Source: the human T2T-CHM13v2.0 reference genome, Homo sapiens
Direction: 5' to 3' (one strand)
DNA: 64,000 nt
Assembly (NCBI RefSeq): GCF_009914755.1
Contig: NC_060941.1
Positions 37,763-54,972 of this stretch are shown here, piece after piece. How positions within the stretch are numbered: position 1 is the stretch's first letter; the number at the start of each line of letters is the position of its first letter. The notes beneath the pieces are model-generated. The model did not search any database. It had not been told where the DNA came from and saw only the letters and a program-made list of their open reading frames with translations. Position numbers and translations under genes: made by a program.

Positions 37763-38403
37763 CTACATCTGGCTGCCTTTGGTGATGACTTCAGTGCTGC
37801 TTAGTATCTGGATTCTGTTCATCTGCAAGCGCCCCCAAGAGGCTGCTGGTGGTAGTGTGGGTTGATGTGGGCAGAGTTGGTGGGGGTCCCAGGGAGTCCC
37901 CCCAGCCCCTTCCCAGCGTCATAGCGACATGGTCTGGGGCTTACATTACCCCCATGTTGTTTTTGTACAGCAGGAAGCTGCTTGCTACCCAGGTGGCCAT
38001 TCGACTTCATATTAAGGTCTCCTTTCCATTTTCTTTTTGCTTAAAAATACTCAGGTTTTCACAAGAGTCACTTCAGTTCTTGGTGATTGAACTCAGCTCT
38101 GATTTGACCTCAGCATTTCAGGTACATTTTTGGCTCTTCTGGAGACAGAAAACCATCAGGGACCGCAAGGATTAAGCCTCAGGGTGAACATTATCCCAAG
38201 TGGTGGGACCAGGATGGAGGGCTTCCCCTGTCTCAATACAGGACTGTGTGGTGCGAGGAAAAAGAAGGAAGCGGATGGCCCTGTCGGGGGGAGAGCTGGA
38301 TGTCATCATTAAAAATCCCTGCAGCCGCTTGTTCATGAAACCCCTCACTGGGGATGAAACTCCCATTTCCTCCCAAAGGATAGTTTTCTCCTTCTTTTCC
38401 TAG

Positions 38404-38420
38404 AGGCCGTGTACATTCAG
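38404..38420 (+). other. Candidate 17-nt microexon AGGCCGTGTACATTCAG
   Basis: ttttctccttcttttcctag acceptor; weak donor CAG|gttcaa. Confidence 0.25.
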
Positions 38421-38670
38421 GTTCAAGTTCCTTGTGACTTTCACTTCTTTTCCCCATGAACCAGCACGTCCCCGGCCGCTCCCTCTCCTTGATGTGCGGG
38501 GGTAGCTGATTTTTCCTTCCACAGTATAATATCTGGCAATTGCACCTCATCCTATTTTTGCTCTCCTCCCCCATCTTCTCTGTTCATCCGTGCCTGCCCA
38601 ATGCGTGCTTCCCCGGTGATTTTTCCCACTCACCCCCGGTGCTCCTTTTCTCTCTGTGACCTCTTGGCAG

Positions 38671-38682
38671 TTCTGTGCATAC
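38671..38682 (+). other. Candidate 12-nt microexon TTCTGTGCATAC
   Basis: 144-nt AG-free pyrimidine-rich tract at 38525-38668, ctcac branch candidate near 38629, CAG acceptor, donor TAC|gtagga; frame-preserving. Confidence 0.55.
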
Positions 38683-38927
38683 GTAGGATTATTGTTATTC
38701 TGGCACTGTGATCACTGGCGCTCACTCACATGCTCTCTGCAGAGGCCCCGCTGCCTCTCCCCACATTTTTTGTGCCTGTGAGCCATGCAGCCATCCGTAC
38801 CCTACTCCATAGGAATGTGGCCTGGAGGGTACCCCACCGGGTCAGCTGGTCAGCTGCACTAAGGCCCCAGCCCAGGGGTGGCAGCTCTGGTCAGTAACAT
38901 GTTTGTCCCTGAGTGGAGTTGAACTGA

Positions 38928-39498
<571 letters not shown>

Positions 39499-39779
39499 CT
39501 CTGAGTTACATTTTTTGAAAGCAGCAACACTCCCCTAAACTCTAGAATCCTCTACAGTTTGGTTCATAACTAGCAAATGGTGACTTGAATGAGAGGCTTT
39601 GGGATTGGGGCAATGTCTTTATTTCCCAGTGCTCCTCTTAACCAGATTAAAGGGGTGCTGTGAAGTTTGACCTAGTGGAGGGGTGGGTCTCGGGAAGCAT
39701 TAAACACCAAGCAGTGGTTGGGTTGTTAGGCATCGCCCAGCCCCTCATCTTGTGCTTTTGTTTCTGCTTAAACTATGTT

Positions 39780-41010
39780 CTTATTGTATTTTTCATGTGG
39801 CAAAGGCAATATCTATTTGGTGTAGAAAAATTATAAGATATAGATTAGGACAAAAAGAAGAAAACGCAAGTAACAGTTTATCCCACCAGCCAGAGTGACG
39901 ATGTTAATACCCTGTGGTGTGTCTATTGCCTGGTGGACCTTTTTCTATTTGCGTATGTTTCCACTATATGCAGTCATACTTCTTTTTACTTAATACATTG
40001 TTTCCATCTTTCCACTTTATTAAATAGTCGGCTTTGTAGTTTTGCATGGTTGCATAGTATTTGTATTGCATTTTGTGGGTGTACCATGACTCCGTTAATC
40101 AGGCATTTAAATTTGGACATTTTGCTGTTTTTCAGGTTTTTTCCACTCTAAGCTTTGTTGGGCTGAGTGCTCTTTTAAGTTGATCTTTGTGCCATTCTCA
40201 GTGTCCCCTTCAGATAAATTCCTAGATGTGCAACTGTACATCTTCAAGGAATAAGCACATGTTTAAGACTTTTGACGCGTTTGTATCTTGCTCTCCCCCA
40301 AGTCATACCAGTTTATAGAGTGTGAATTTTTTTTCTTTGTTTCCTCAGGTATATTGCATATTAATTACTCTAAAAAAACCTGTTGGCCAACTTGGAAGAC
40401 AAAAAGTGATATTTGATTGTTTTCATTGATTTGTCTTTGATAATTAACAAGACAGGTTGAACATTTTTCACAAGTTTATATTTTGTGAATCACCTATGGG
40501 GGCGTTAATAAGTTTTCCAAAAAGATGAACTCCTTACATATGAAAGATAGTAACTTTCCGTCCATCTTTTGTCCTACAGGTATTTCTCCCAGGTTGTAAT
40601 TGACTTTTTAAAATGTATGGTGCTTTTTGACATATAAAAGTTAAAGTTGCCGTCTATCAGATACGTATTTTACAGTTTTTACTTTCAGTATCATACTTCA
40701 GAAAGGCCTTCTTGATCCTAAGATTCCATAAATGTTCACTTACATTTTCTTCCAGTAATCTTTACGGTTTCACTTTTTACATGTACATATCTCAGTACAT
40801 GCTGTGAAAGTCAAGTGTAACTATTGTTCTTCTCGGATGGTTAGCCAGTTGCTGCAGCACCACTTACTACCCAGTGTGTCATTTTCTCTCCATTTCCCAC
40901 CCCCCATTTTGGGGGTTCTCATTGTGGACTTTCTGTTTGATTAAGTTTTCTCTTGGTTCCTATCACAGTTCTGATTCTTGTAGTCTCATGATACATTTTA
41001 GGATGTCTGG
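39780..41010 (-). mobile_element. Old L1ME remnant
   Basis: AT-rich with degraded antisense L1 phrases (ggttgaacatttttcac, ggatggttagccagttg..cagcaccactt). Confidence 0.65.
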
Positions 41011-41779
41011 AGGCTTTGTAAGTGGTAAAACACCATGAAAAATGTGAAGGGTTATTCATGTTGTTGTACCAGATCTTTGAAAACACCGGGAGCGCTTACT
41101 GTCCTCGCTGGTGAGAGTAAGTCACCTGTTTTTTTTAGAGTTTTTCTTCAGGGATCCTGAAGTGATGCTGTCTTCTGAACCAGCAAATGCTCAGGTCTTC
41201 TTAGCAACCTTTGGCCTGTCCCCTGACCCCAACCATCACGCAGTGCCTGCCACCTAGGAAAGGCTGGGTCTGCGTCACCAGGTCCCTCTGTTCCATGACC
41301 ACATCTCATAATCACATCCATTTTTCTTAAAAATCAGCAGCCTCACTCTTCTGACTCATGTTCTCTGACTTCTAGACGCTTTTCTTCCATAATTGGGTGT
41401 GCCGGGCACAATCCTTGTTTTTTCCTTCCAGAGGTGGGGAATTCAGGGTGGAAATGTGGCAGAGGACGTGGGGCTTCCTCGCTCTGTCCCTGGGCTGTTG
41501 CCATGACAGTCGGTTGGACAGACATGTCGTGGTGTGCCCTCCTCCCTCCGGCTTCTCTCCGGATTCCACTTCCTGAACTCTGAGCAGGCCTGTGGGTGGG
41601 AAGCCGGCTGGGTGGTCTGCCCAGACTTCCAAGAGATGCTTGGCCACACCTTGTGCAGGGCCTAATATGGGCTTGGGCCACACTCAGACCACACTCAGCT
41701 GTGCTTTCCTTTCCGACAGTGATGACGATGATGACAGTGACGAGGATGGGGGGCTCTGATGGTGAACTGGGAATCCTGC

Positions 41780-42140
41780 ATAGGCCTCCTAGTGAGAAGT
41801 CACAGCTTAATTTACCGAGCACCTACCTACCTCATGCCATGTCATAGAGGATGACAGATGCTGTGGGGAGGTAAAAGGAACTCGTTTTGCAGTGCTTGTC
41901 CTTGCCTGGTCAGCCACGGCGGCAGAGTCAAGGGATTGAGCTCCCAAAACCCTGGGACATGACGGCATCGGTTTACACCCCGATCTGCCTCTGCTATGAC
42001 ACTTGGATGGATTGCTTAGCTTCTGTGTGCCTCAGTTTCCTCATCTGTAATATGAGGATAATGCTTCATAGAGTTGATGTGAGGATTAAATGAGTCGGCA
42101 TGTGTGTGCATTTTACAGAGCCTGGCACATGCTACATGTT
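41780..42140. mobile_element. MIR fragments
   Basis: tgcctcagtttcctcatctgtaatatgaggataat...gtgaggattaaatga. Confidence 0.8.
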
Positions 42141-42142
42141 AG

Positions 42143-42945
<803 letters not shown>

Positions 42946-43156
42946 TTTTTATATTCATGATCACGTAACCTTCTGCAGAGTGGATGCTCCATAAATGTGT
43001 ATTAACTGATGATACTGATACGGGTTATTACCATCACTTACTGTGCTGGGCTCTTTATCACATTATCTGATTTAATCTTCGCAGTCTTTACATTAAATGT
43101 TTTGTCTGTTTTACAGATGAGAAACCTGAAGCTGAGGGAGCCTGAGGGACTTGTCA

Positions 43157-43729
<573 letters not shown>

Positions 43730-44239
43730 TCAAAGGAGTTTGAATGCTGCATTTGGTCTCCTCAGGCTGATGCTCCTGTCTGGCCCCTTCTGCTCTGGCT
43801 CAGTGTGGCTGTTGGGGAAGGTTCTGGAAAAATTAGGGCTTCGCATTCAGCTCTGATGATGGGTAGGAGGGCTGTGGCTAAAGAGGAACAGGTGGGAATC
43901 AGCGGAGTCAAGCACAGATAGAGGGAACAAACCAGGTATACTGGGAGTCGTGGCCTTGAGGGCACCCCACTGTGGAAAGTTGCAGATATCAGCTCGAGGG
44001 GGCTGTATTTGGCTGACTTGGCAATGGGGAACCAGGATGGTGTTTGAATGAAGGACTCATGGGCTCATTTTCACTTCGAGGGGAGAAGGGAGGCTGGTAG
44101 CAGGGTACCACGTGTCTCATGCATATCCTGGAGAAGGCCTGAGATAGGGCAGCCGTGCATGGATCAGGGAGGCGGAGGGAGGCCCTAGGGACATGGGATC
44201 AGAGCAGTGGGCAGGAGTGAGATTGTGGTAGGGCCGGGG

Positions 44240-44600
44240 GGGGGGCAGGACAGGGAGTTAGGATTTTATTCCAGGTGTAAAGGGAAGCTAAGGGGGTGTG
44301 TGTTGAGCTGGGTGGTGGCATGAACCTGCTATGTTTTAATAAGATTGTCCCGGTTGCTCTGCAGGAGGCAGGGGTAGAAGCTGGGAACAGCCAGGAGGCC
44401 TTGGAAGTTTTCAGGTGGGAGATGACGGGGGCTTGGCTGGAGGAGAGGTGGTGGTGAGAAGTGGCCCCCTGTGGGATCCGTGTGGAAGGCAGTGTCACCA
44501 GAACTAGGTGGGTTGTTTGTGGGAGCGAAAAGAAGGAAAGCAATGACCCGTGAGTCCTTCTCAAGGGTTTGTGTGACTGAGGAGCTTGGTGCCACTCATT
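44240..44600. mobile_element. L2 remnant
   Basis: ggattttattcc, gttttaataagat..gttgct, caggtgggagatga. Confidence 0.6.
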
Positions 44601-44997
44601 AGAGGACACAGGTCCTGTGATGTAGGCTGGCACGATGGCTGCCTGGTCCCTCTTTGTAGCACTGGGGAGCGTGGTGCAGGCTGGAGTGAAGGACGGTTGG
44701 AGTGGTGGCAGGTGCAGAGAAGAGGCCAGGCTTTGCTGCTGAGGACCCCTGGACACACTCGGTGTCTACTGGGCACACTTGGTGTTAAAAGCCACAGTGG
44801 GCACAGGGGGCTGGAGAGGCAAGTGACCAGGTACCCCAGGCTTCCTGCAGCTCAGACGGGGGAACTAGAAAGTCCTCTGAGAAAACATGTGCCACCACCA
44901 ATGATTCTACTGATGGGCCAGACATGAGCGGCTTGGGTTGGAGCTAATTCTAGGATGCAGGAAGAGAGAACTCAAGTTCCTCTAAAAGTATTCTAGG

Positions 44998-45638
<641 letters not shown>

Positions 45639-46450
45639 CTAGCCCACAGCTGTGCTTGGCCCATGCACTTCTCCTTGTCCCGGTGCAAAGCAGTGAGACT
45701 GGCCCTCATCTTCTCCAGCGTGCCCCATTGTCTCACACTACCATTTTTGGACTCATTTTTTCTGTCTAAACTGAAGGCTGCACCTGGTCGTTTTCCTTGG
45801 ATTCAAACTGTGAGAGGAAGACAACTCCAGGATCCTTGGTATACCGGGTCCCTGTGGTGTACCGAGGGAGACCCTTTGCCAATTCTGAGGGGTTCCTCTG
45901 GAATGCTCCCTCCTGGCTCCATTCTCAGGGCCGCCTGGCCAGCGTTCACCCAACCCGAGTGCAGAGTGTGGCAAAAATCAGAATCTTCATAAGATTTCCA
46001 TGCACTGAGAGAACAAAAAGAAATGGTCCCTGGAGTGAAGCAAAAAGCCCATTCGCCATTTATCCCAAGTGCTGTGGAACAGAAGAAAGAGCATTTTTAA
46101 AATGAACCAAGGGGCCTGCAGCTCTTTCCCCAATGCTGCCCTGTGTAACCCAAGGCTGGGCCTGCGTTTCTTTGCTTGCAGCACTGGGGCTTGGCTCTGT
46201 GATCCCCGAGTCCCTCTCCGCGGTAACACTATCCAAGGCAGCGCTCACTTTCGTTGCCTCGGCCAGCAAAAAGAGAGGGCGAGATTAACACCCTCAATTA
46301 CGTCTTTGCAGAACTCAGACCTGAGGAAATTGAAAAACACTCAAGCCAGCGTGGGACTGGGTTTAGAGGGGGTCTGCTGGGGACGCCATTCAGGGAATTG
46401 CTCTTTCCAAGGCTCCTGAGTGGCTGGGGAGGCTGGGCCTCCTCCAGCCT

Positions 46451-46557
46451 CATTAAAAGGTACTTTACCTGGAAGGCCCCAGAGCCCAGGTCCAAGCAGA
46501 GGGAACAGCTGAGGGGAGGTGGTGGAGCTGGAGCGGCTGAGCTGCTGAATTGTGAGT
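46451..46557 (+). promoter_or_regulatory. Candidate alternative first exon or exon 3' end
   Basis: TATA-like CATTAAAAG at 46451; purine-rich body; donor ATT|gtgagt after 46551. Confidence 0.3.
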
Positions 46558-47699
46558 CTTCGTCTGGCTTCTGGTCTGAGTGCCTCTGCTCACTGGTCCT
46601 TCTTGTTTGCCTGATTGTTTTTCCTCTTGGGGAGGAGATGGTCCTTTTGAGCCCCAGCATTCTGAGTGACAGACTGAGTTTCATCCCATCAAAAGTTCTG
46701 TTCAGGCTAAAGCTTCTGTGTATGTCATAAGGAAAGTATAAATGAAATCAGGAATCTCCCCCAAAAGCATGTCACCCTCGGCGTCTGCCTCCCCTGAATC
46801 TCCGTTTGCTTCTCAGTTAAGGATGCCGTGTTTTCCATACTGTCACCTCCCGTGCCATTTGGAATGTGGATAACTCAGCATGCAAGAGAGTTCCACGCTC
46901 TCTCTGGACCTCCCGGCTGCCGTCTCCCCTTCTGCAGGTGTGAGCATGTGTGTGCAGCCATTGACTCCTGAGCCATCCTTCCTGTTTGGTGGTCCCAGAC
47001 CTGGCAAGGTGTGGGAACGTGTGCAACTCGGGATTGATGAAATACAGAAAATCTCAGCCCAACAGAGTCTGAAAGCTGCGAGTTCACCAGGCCAGTGATG
47101 GTGTGTAGGCCTCTACCAGCCTCCCAGGCATTGGATCTGGAGGAAGGGGCCTTATCTGTGAGTGGCTTCTTGTTGGCATGTTGGTGATAAGGGACCCTGT
47201 GAAGTTATGTCTTGGTGCCTGAAAGCCATCGAGGGCTTGCTGGGACACGTGCAGGGGAGTCTGGTGACACCTGGGTCAGGGTAGTCAGTGGCTGTCTCGC
47301 TGTTTTCTACCTGTTGACAGCAGTCATCTCATAGGTGTGGGTTTCTCACCTTCCTGAGGCAGATGGTGAAGGGAGCAGGGCAGATTCTTTGCAGGAGGCT
47401 GGTATGGGTTTCACTCCAGCACCATGGGTCCTCAGGCCAGCTCTCTGTGTCCCTGCTCCTCCGCTGTCAGGTGGAAATCATCCTGAGGACTAAGGGAGGC
47501 GGCAGGAGTCCCGTGCCTTGCTCACAGGTGATAACTGCTCAGGGAATGATGCACCTGTTCCCTCCCTTTCCTGAGTACTGGGGGAGGTGATTAAAGATCA
47601 GGTGTGAGAGGCCCCGTGTCTGTCCTGCAGGAGTTCACAGTCTTCTTTGGAGACCTCTTTGTTCTCCAAAGCCCCACCTGGGGTGGCCAGCTGCCTCCT

Positions 47700-48620
47700 G
47701 GGCAGCCTTCCCCTGGGCACCCCTTAAACTCATCCACTCAGAGCCAGATATGTCTGTTCTTCCAGACCTGCCCTCACTCGGGGTTTCTTCCTTGGTCCTT
47801 GACGTCTCTTGGACACCCTAAACACCCCAGGGTCATCCCAGACAATTCCTTCTTCCTCACGTGCTGGTGTTCAGCCCCAGGTCTGAACCCCTCCAGTGGT
47901 TTCTTCCTCCTCTGTCATTACCCTACCCTGATTCAGGCCCTCAGCCCACATCTAAATGGTCTCCCAAGCTCCACACCATCTCCCCACCTTGCAACGCCTG
48001 GTGGCGTGATGGTTGTCCTTACCTATCACATGCATTCTCTCTTGATTCTCTGAGTCTCGAGTGCTTTATTCTCAAGTTGCTATTGAGGCCAGACTCTCCT
48101 ACACCAGGGAGTTTGCTCTGTTCCCCCTCTGCCTAAGTCTGGGTTGTGTACACCCCTCGTCTGCACTTTCCCTAATTCTCTGTGTGTGTTCCAGTGATGG
48201 CCTCCTTGCTCTTTCTCCGCTCTGCCAGGCACACTCTTAACTCAGGGCCTTTGCACTGGCTGTTTCCTCTCCTGACAAGCATGCTACTCCTCCCTGTGTC
48301 TACATGGCTCACATCTTAACTTCTTTAAGTTCTTTACCTTCATGTCATTGACTCAACAAGGGCTCCGTGATCACCCTGTAGAAAACCATAACACCTTTTC
48401 CAACACTCAGCATACCCTTTCCTCCCTCCTGCCTGATTTTTCTTCATGACACTTAGCATCCTCTTATATACTCTATGGTCTCCTAATGCGCTGTGTTCAT
48501 TGTTTCTCTTCAATCACGAGAAACAGGGATTTTTGTCTGTTTTGTTCATTGCCACATCCCCTGTGCCTGGCGCATAGGCTTTTGAGAAATATTTGCTGAA
48601 TGAATGAATGAATGAATGAA
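47700..48620. mobile_element. L2 remnants ending in (TGAA)n
   Basis: ctcagggcctttgcactggctgtt; aaatatttgctgaatgaatgaatgaa. Confidence 0.75.
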
Positions 48621-48745
48621 GTGCATCCTATGTATCCTATTCTTAAATGGTCCATTTTGGCCTCTCCTCCACTAGCCTCTGCCCTGCTTGAGGGCTGGGC
48701 TGTGCTCGGTTTGTCTGTGTTTCGGCCATGGTATTCCCTTGATGC

Positions 48746-49190
<445 letters not shown>

Positions 49191-49756
49191 CCCTTGATGC
49201 CCATTTGATGAATGACTGGTGGTCTCAGCCTCTGTTTCAATACTCTGTCCGCGCAGGAGTTAGACCATGTCACTTTGGCCTCTGAAAGGCTAGATTCCTG
49301 GGTGGTTTCTCCAGAGCACTCATCCAGTCCCTCGTCACCTGGCCGTGGCCTGAGCACCTTCTCCTCTACCCATCACACTCACACTCTGGGCTCATTCTCC
49401 TGTCACTCTGTCCACTAACAAGCCATGTACTTTCATGAACATTACACGTTTCCACCTCCAAACCTTTGTTCCTGCTGTTCCGCCTGCCAGGAATGTCCTC
49501 ACTCCTGACATCCTGGAAAACTCCTATGCATCTCACACTAGCTTTGAACCTTCTACCCAGCGCACACCTTGTACATCCGTCTTCTCTAGCAGGGACCTAC
49601 TCCCTTTCTCATGCCTACTCCTTTGCTAGAATATGAACTTTTCACGTGCAGCTGCCACACCCTGTTCATCTTTGTGCCCTTTAATCCTAGCACTGTGTCT
49701 GGCATGAGGCTGTCCTGGATGTTTAATAAATCAGCAAGGAAAAGAATGACACGTCC

Positions 49757-50050
<294 letters not shown>

Positions 50051-50749
50051 GAATGACACGTCCACACTGATAATACCAAATTCCCTTTAACTGAGGGTCA
50101 AAATGAGCTGAGTGTGGCCCAGCCTGACTCCAGGAATATCTGAAATGCTGTTGGTTAAGCATTCTGGCCAAAACCTTCCACGGACTGTAGACGCTCACAA
50201 CCTGGGATGAGGTCTCCTCCCCTCCACCTTAACGGCTGACCACACCTTCACCCAGTGCGAGCCACCGAGAGCCCTGCCAGCTTCTAAGCCTGGGCAACTA
50301 TCTAGTCCTTCTCCTTTCCCTGTCAGGGATCTCTGACACTGCATGTTGCCAGCTGCTCCTGGGGGAGTCTGACGGATGCCACCACCGCCTTGGTCTGTTA
50401 AGAATCTACTGGAGGCCTCAGGGAAAGCAGCTCCAGGCTTCCGGAGAGGTAGTTTGGCTGTGGTTCTCACTCACAGGACCTGTTGTGCCAAGACCAGGAG
50501 GTCAGGTGCTCGCCTAAGGGCTTGCCGAGGAAGGATCTGGGCAGCCCAGCAGGAGCAGGGCCATCTCTCCTCCTTGCTCCCAGGCGACTTGCTGTGTTTG
50601 AGCTGGGGCCTTAGGTTTACTCAGCAGGTGGTGTCTACACCTGTAACGACCATGCAGGGCTGGGAGCCAGGGCGCATGCTTAATTCTTGTCCTGGCTGGA
50701 AAGCAAGTTGGCCGTGGTCTTCCATTCTGTGCAGGGACCTTCTCATTGA

Positions 50750-51367
<618 letters not shown>

Positions 51368-51639
51368 CTCATTGAATGTTTAAAAGCCCCACTCATCTCA
51401 TAAACAGGATTCCCTTAGAATATGTTTGCCAGGACCCCTTTGTTCCTGGGGCCAATAACAGCTGTCCTCTTTCCCCCAGATGACTGATTTCTTGCCAACC
51501 CCTCTTAGTGATAACTGGGTGCTCACCCTCTCTCCCCCCAGAGCACTCCCTCCGGTTTCTGTGCCCGGCTGGGGTTGCAGCTGCCTCTCTCTGGACCTCA
51601 CTGGAAAATCAGGGATTGACTAGATTGGGAGCATGGTCC

Positions 51640-51790
51640 TTGTATATTAGAATCACCTGGAACTTTAACAGAACTACTCACGTCAGGGCCTCTCTCCACA
51701 CTAATTAATCAGAGTCTCTGGGGTGGGGACCACACTTTTTAAAAAGCTTTCCAAGTAAGTCTAACATGCAGCCGGGGCAGAGAACCATGA
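51640..51790. mobile_element. MER5-type hAT element
   Basis: attagaatcacctgg...aatcagagtctctggggtgggg...ctaacatgcagccgggg..agaacca. Confidence 0.75.
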
Positions 51791-53395
51791 GAATAGACAG
51801 TCTTTCTGCTCTGGGCGGCCCTGAGCTTTCAGGGGTTCCAAATGTTCAGGGCCCAGATGCTGGCTGCTCATTGCCCTGTGGGACCCTTCTAGGTGCGAAG
51901 TGAACATGCAGAGACAGTCAGTGCATCACAGAGCCCGCTGAGTTTAAGCCTCAGGCCTGGGGTCTTTCCATGGCTGTTGTTTTCTAGGTATTTGCAGACT
52001 GGAAATGAACCTACCAGGACTTCTCAATAAAGCGTCTTCCTCCTGCCCTGCTTTTGGTTCTGGGTCCTGAGAAAGGTGAGAAAGCTTATTCCAGAACTCA
52101 ATAGTCTTGTTTGGGAGGCCTGTCCCTGAGTTCCAGACCCAGGGGGTGCTGCCTCCTGAATGGACACCCCCATTGTCATGCAGCTGACACCTCCAACCCC
52201 CATACCCAGACCAAATTCTCCGAGTGCTGTACCTGGACACGGGTGTCCCCATCCACACCGAGGGCCCGGTAAGGCACATTGTCCCCCAGCCCCTGATGCT
52301 CCCGGCCCATCCTCCCTTCTCTACCCCATTCCTTTGTCTTTGCTCACCTTGCCAGTTCTTCCCATCTCCTGTCTGGGCTGCCCTTTACTGGCTACAGGAG
52401 GGTCACTGTTCTGCTGGAAAGTGTCTGAGAGCAGCTGCCACCTGGGTCTGAATGTGTCCCCCAGACCCAACACCTCTTTGCACAGTCCTGAACCTGTGTC
52501 TGGCTCTTGCTTCCCCTGCAGCCATCCTGCCAACCAGACCACACTAACGTTGTTCTCATGCACGGCTTCCTCTGGCCTCTGAGCCTTTGGACGTCCTTCC
52601 CCCTATTCTCGGGTTGTCTCCTGTTCCCAGCAATAGTTCATTCGCCACTGTCGGGGTCAACCACTTAGTCCTCTTGACCATGAGACTCTCCTAAGTTCTG
52701 AATGCAGAGGATTGGCTGAGATCCATGCTTCTTGGAGCCCATTGGCTTCCCCTTGAATTGTCACGATGGCCCAGCACTGTTGGGTTCAGCTGGTGTGTGG
52801 AGCCTCTGCTTTTTCTGTAGAGACTGGACTCTTACTTCTTCTAAGCTGTTGTCTCATCTCCAGGTTGAGGTTCTAGGGCTCCCTGGAGTAGGCCTGGTGG
52901 GGCACTTGTCCTTAGAGCCCTTTCCTGGCAATCTGTTCTGGCTTCCAGCATTCCAGGGCATTGGAAGGGGCATTTAGGAGACCAGGGTTCTAGCCCTGAG
53001 TCCACCATTCACTCCCTGAGCTCCTCTTCACACATGTCGACTGAGCACAGCCCATACTCAGAGGGCAGCATGAACACTGCCACCCCAAACGTGTCTGTGT
53101 GCACACGCTCACTCATACATGTGTGCACGTGCCTACTCAAACTCGACACCCATCCTCCTCACTCCCGCCTGGGAAGCTCTAAGCCCATTTCCTCGTGTCC
53201 CCCTGGTGCGATGACTCAGGCTGCTTTCTGGAATCTTCCTAGAGTCAGTCCCCACTCAGGGGAAACTGAGTCACAGCTTGACAAGAGTGGGCAGGAAATG
53301 CTCCAGCAACAGACCAGCAGCTAGGGGCAGCAGAGCAAATGCTGCCCTGCACACCTCAGTCTTTACAAAACCAAACCAAACGGAGCCTAGCTTTA

Positions 53396-53812
<417 letters not shown>

Positions 53813-54656
53813 CTAGCTTTATCAGATTGTAACATGATACTTTCTCTGTGTGTGTGCGCTTCATCCTTTTATTATTTTTTTGAAGAAATTGGTCTTTATG
53901 AATTCCTCCTCCCTGCCCTAGCCTTGCAAGCTGGGAACACACACTGTGGAGAGGACCAGAGGTCAAGCCCTCACCTCTCCTCCTGCCACAATTTCAGGCT
54001 CTTCGCAGTCGGAGCCTGTTCAGACCTTTCCTTCCTCACTCCTGCCCAGCTCCTTCCTCGTGGCAGAAAGAGGGAAGGCCTTGACAGTCAGCCCCCATCA
54101 CTTCAGCGCACAAAAAGGGGTGTGTGTGGATTGTTGAGAAAAATACAGAAGTTGACTCCTCTCTCAGGATTCCTGGTGGTGTTCTCAATTTTTCCTATGC
54201 CATTTTCTTGGCCTGGAATTTCATTTTCTCCCCTCCTCCACACACCCTGCTCCTATCTATGCTTTAAGACCTGGCTCAAATGACCCCTCCTCCATGAAGA
54301 CCTCTCTGATGGCTGGCTTAGAAATAGTCTCTGCATTTCGTCCTATGTTGTCAGTGCCTGGAATTTGAGTTTTGTTCATGCATCGTCTCCCACTCCTACC
54401 AGGCTGCAAACTCCCGGGGACTAGCGACCATGTCTCCTGTTTGTTCTGTATTCCCACCCCCACCCCATGCCAGTAATGATGCGAAGCTGGTGGGCAGTGA
54501 CTGTCTGCTGAGCGAATATTTGATTCCTGAGGTGTCCCCAGTACCTAGAACAGAACTGGCATGGGGTGGACACTCAGTGAAGATTGTGGCGTGAATGAAT
54601 GAACCAATGAACAGAGCACAGAGTGCCCTATCCGTGGAGGGGGGCATGTGTCTCTA

Positions 54657-54972
<316 letters not shown>

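Noticed and set aside
38242-38403. Acceptor-preceded reading frame DCVVRGKRRKR...FSFFS* as an alternative last exon
   Set aside because: No recognisable homology and no downstream polyadenylation signal seen; the length is compatible with chance
40327-40585. Two poly-Y CAG|GTAT recursive-site-like motifs
   Set aside because: They lie in T-rich antisense L1 debris and have weak donors
47413-47435. RE1/REST-like CAGCACCATGG
   Set aside because: Right half-site (ACAGCGCC) is absent
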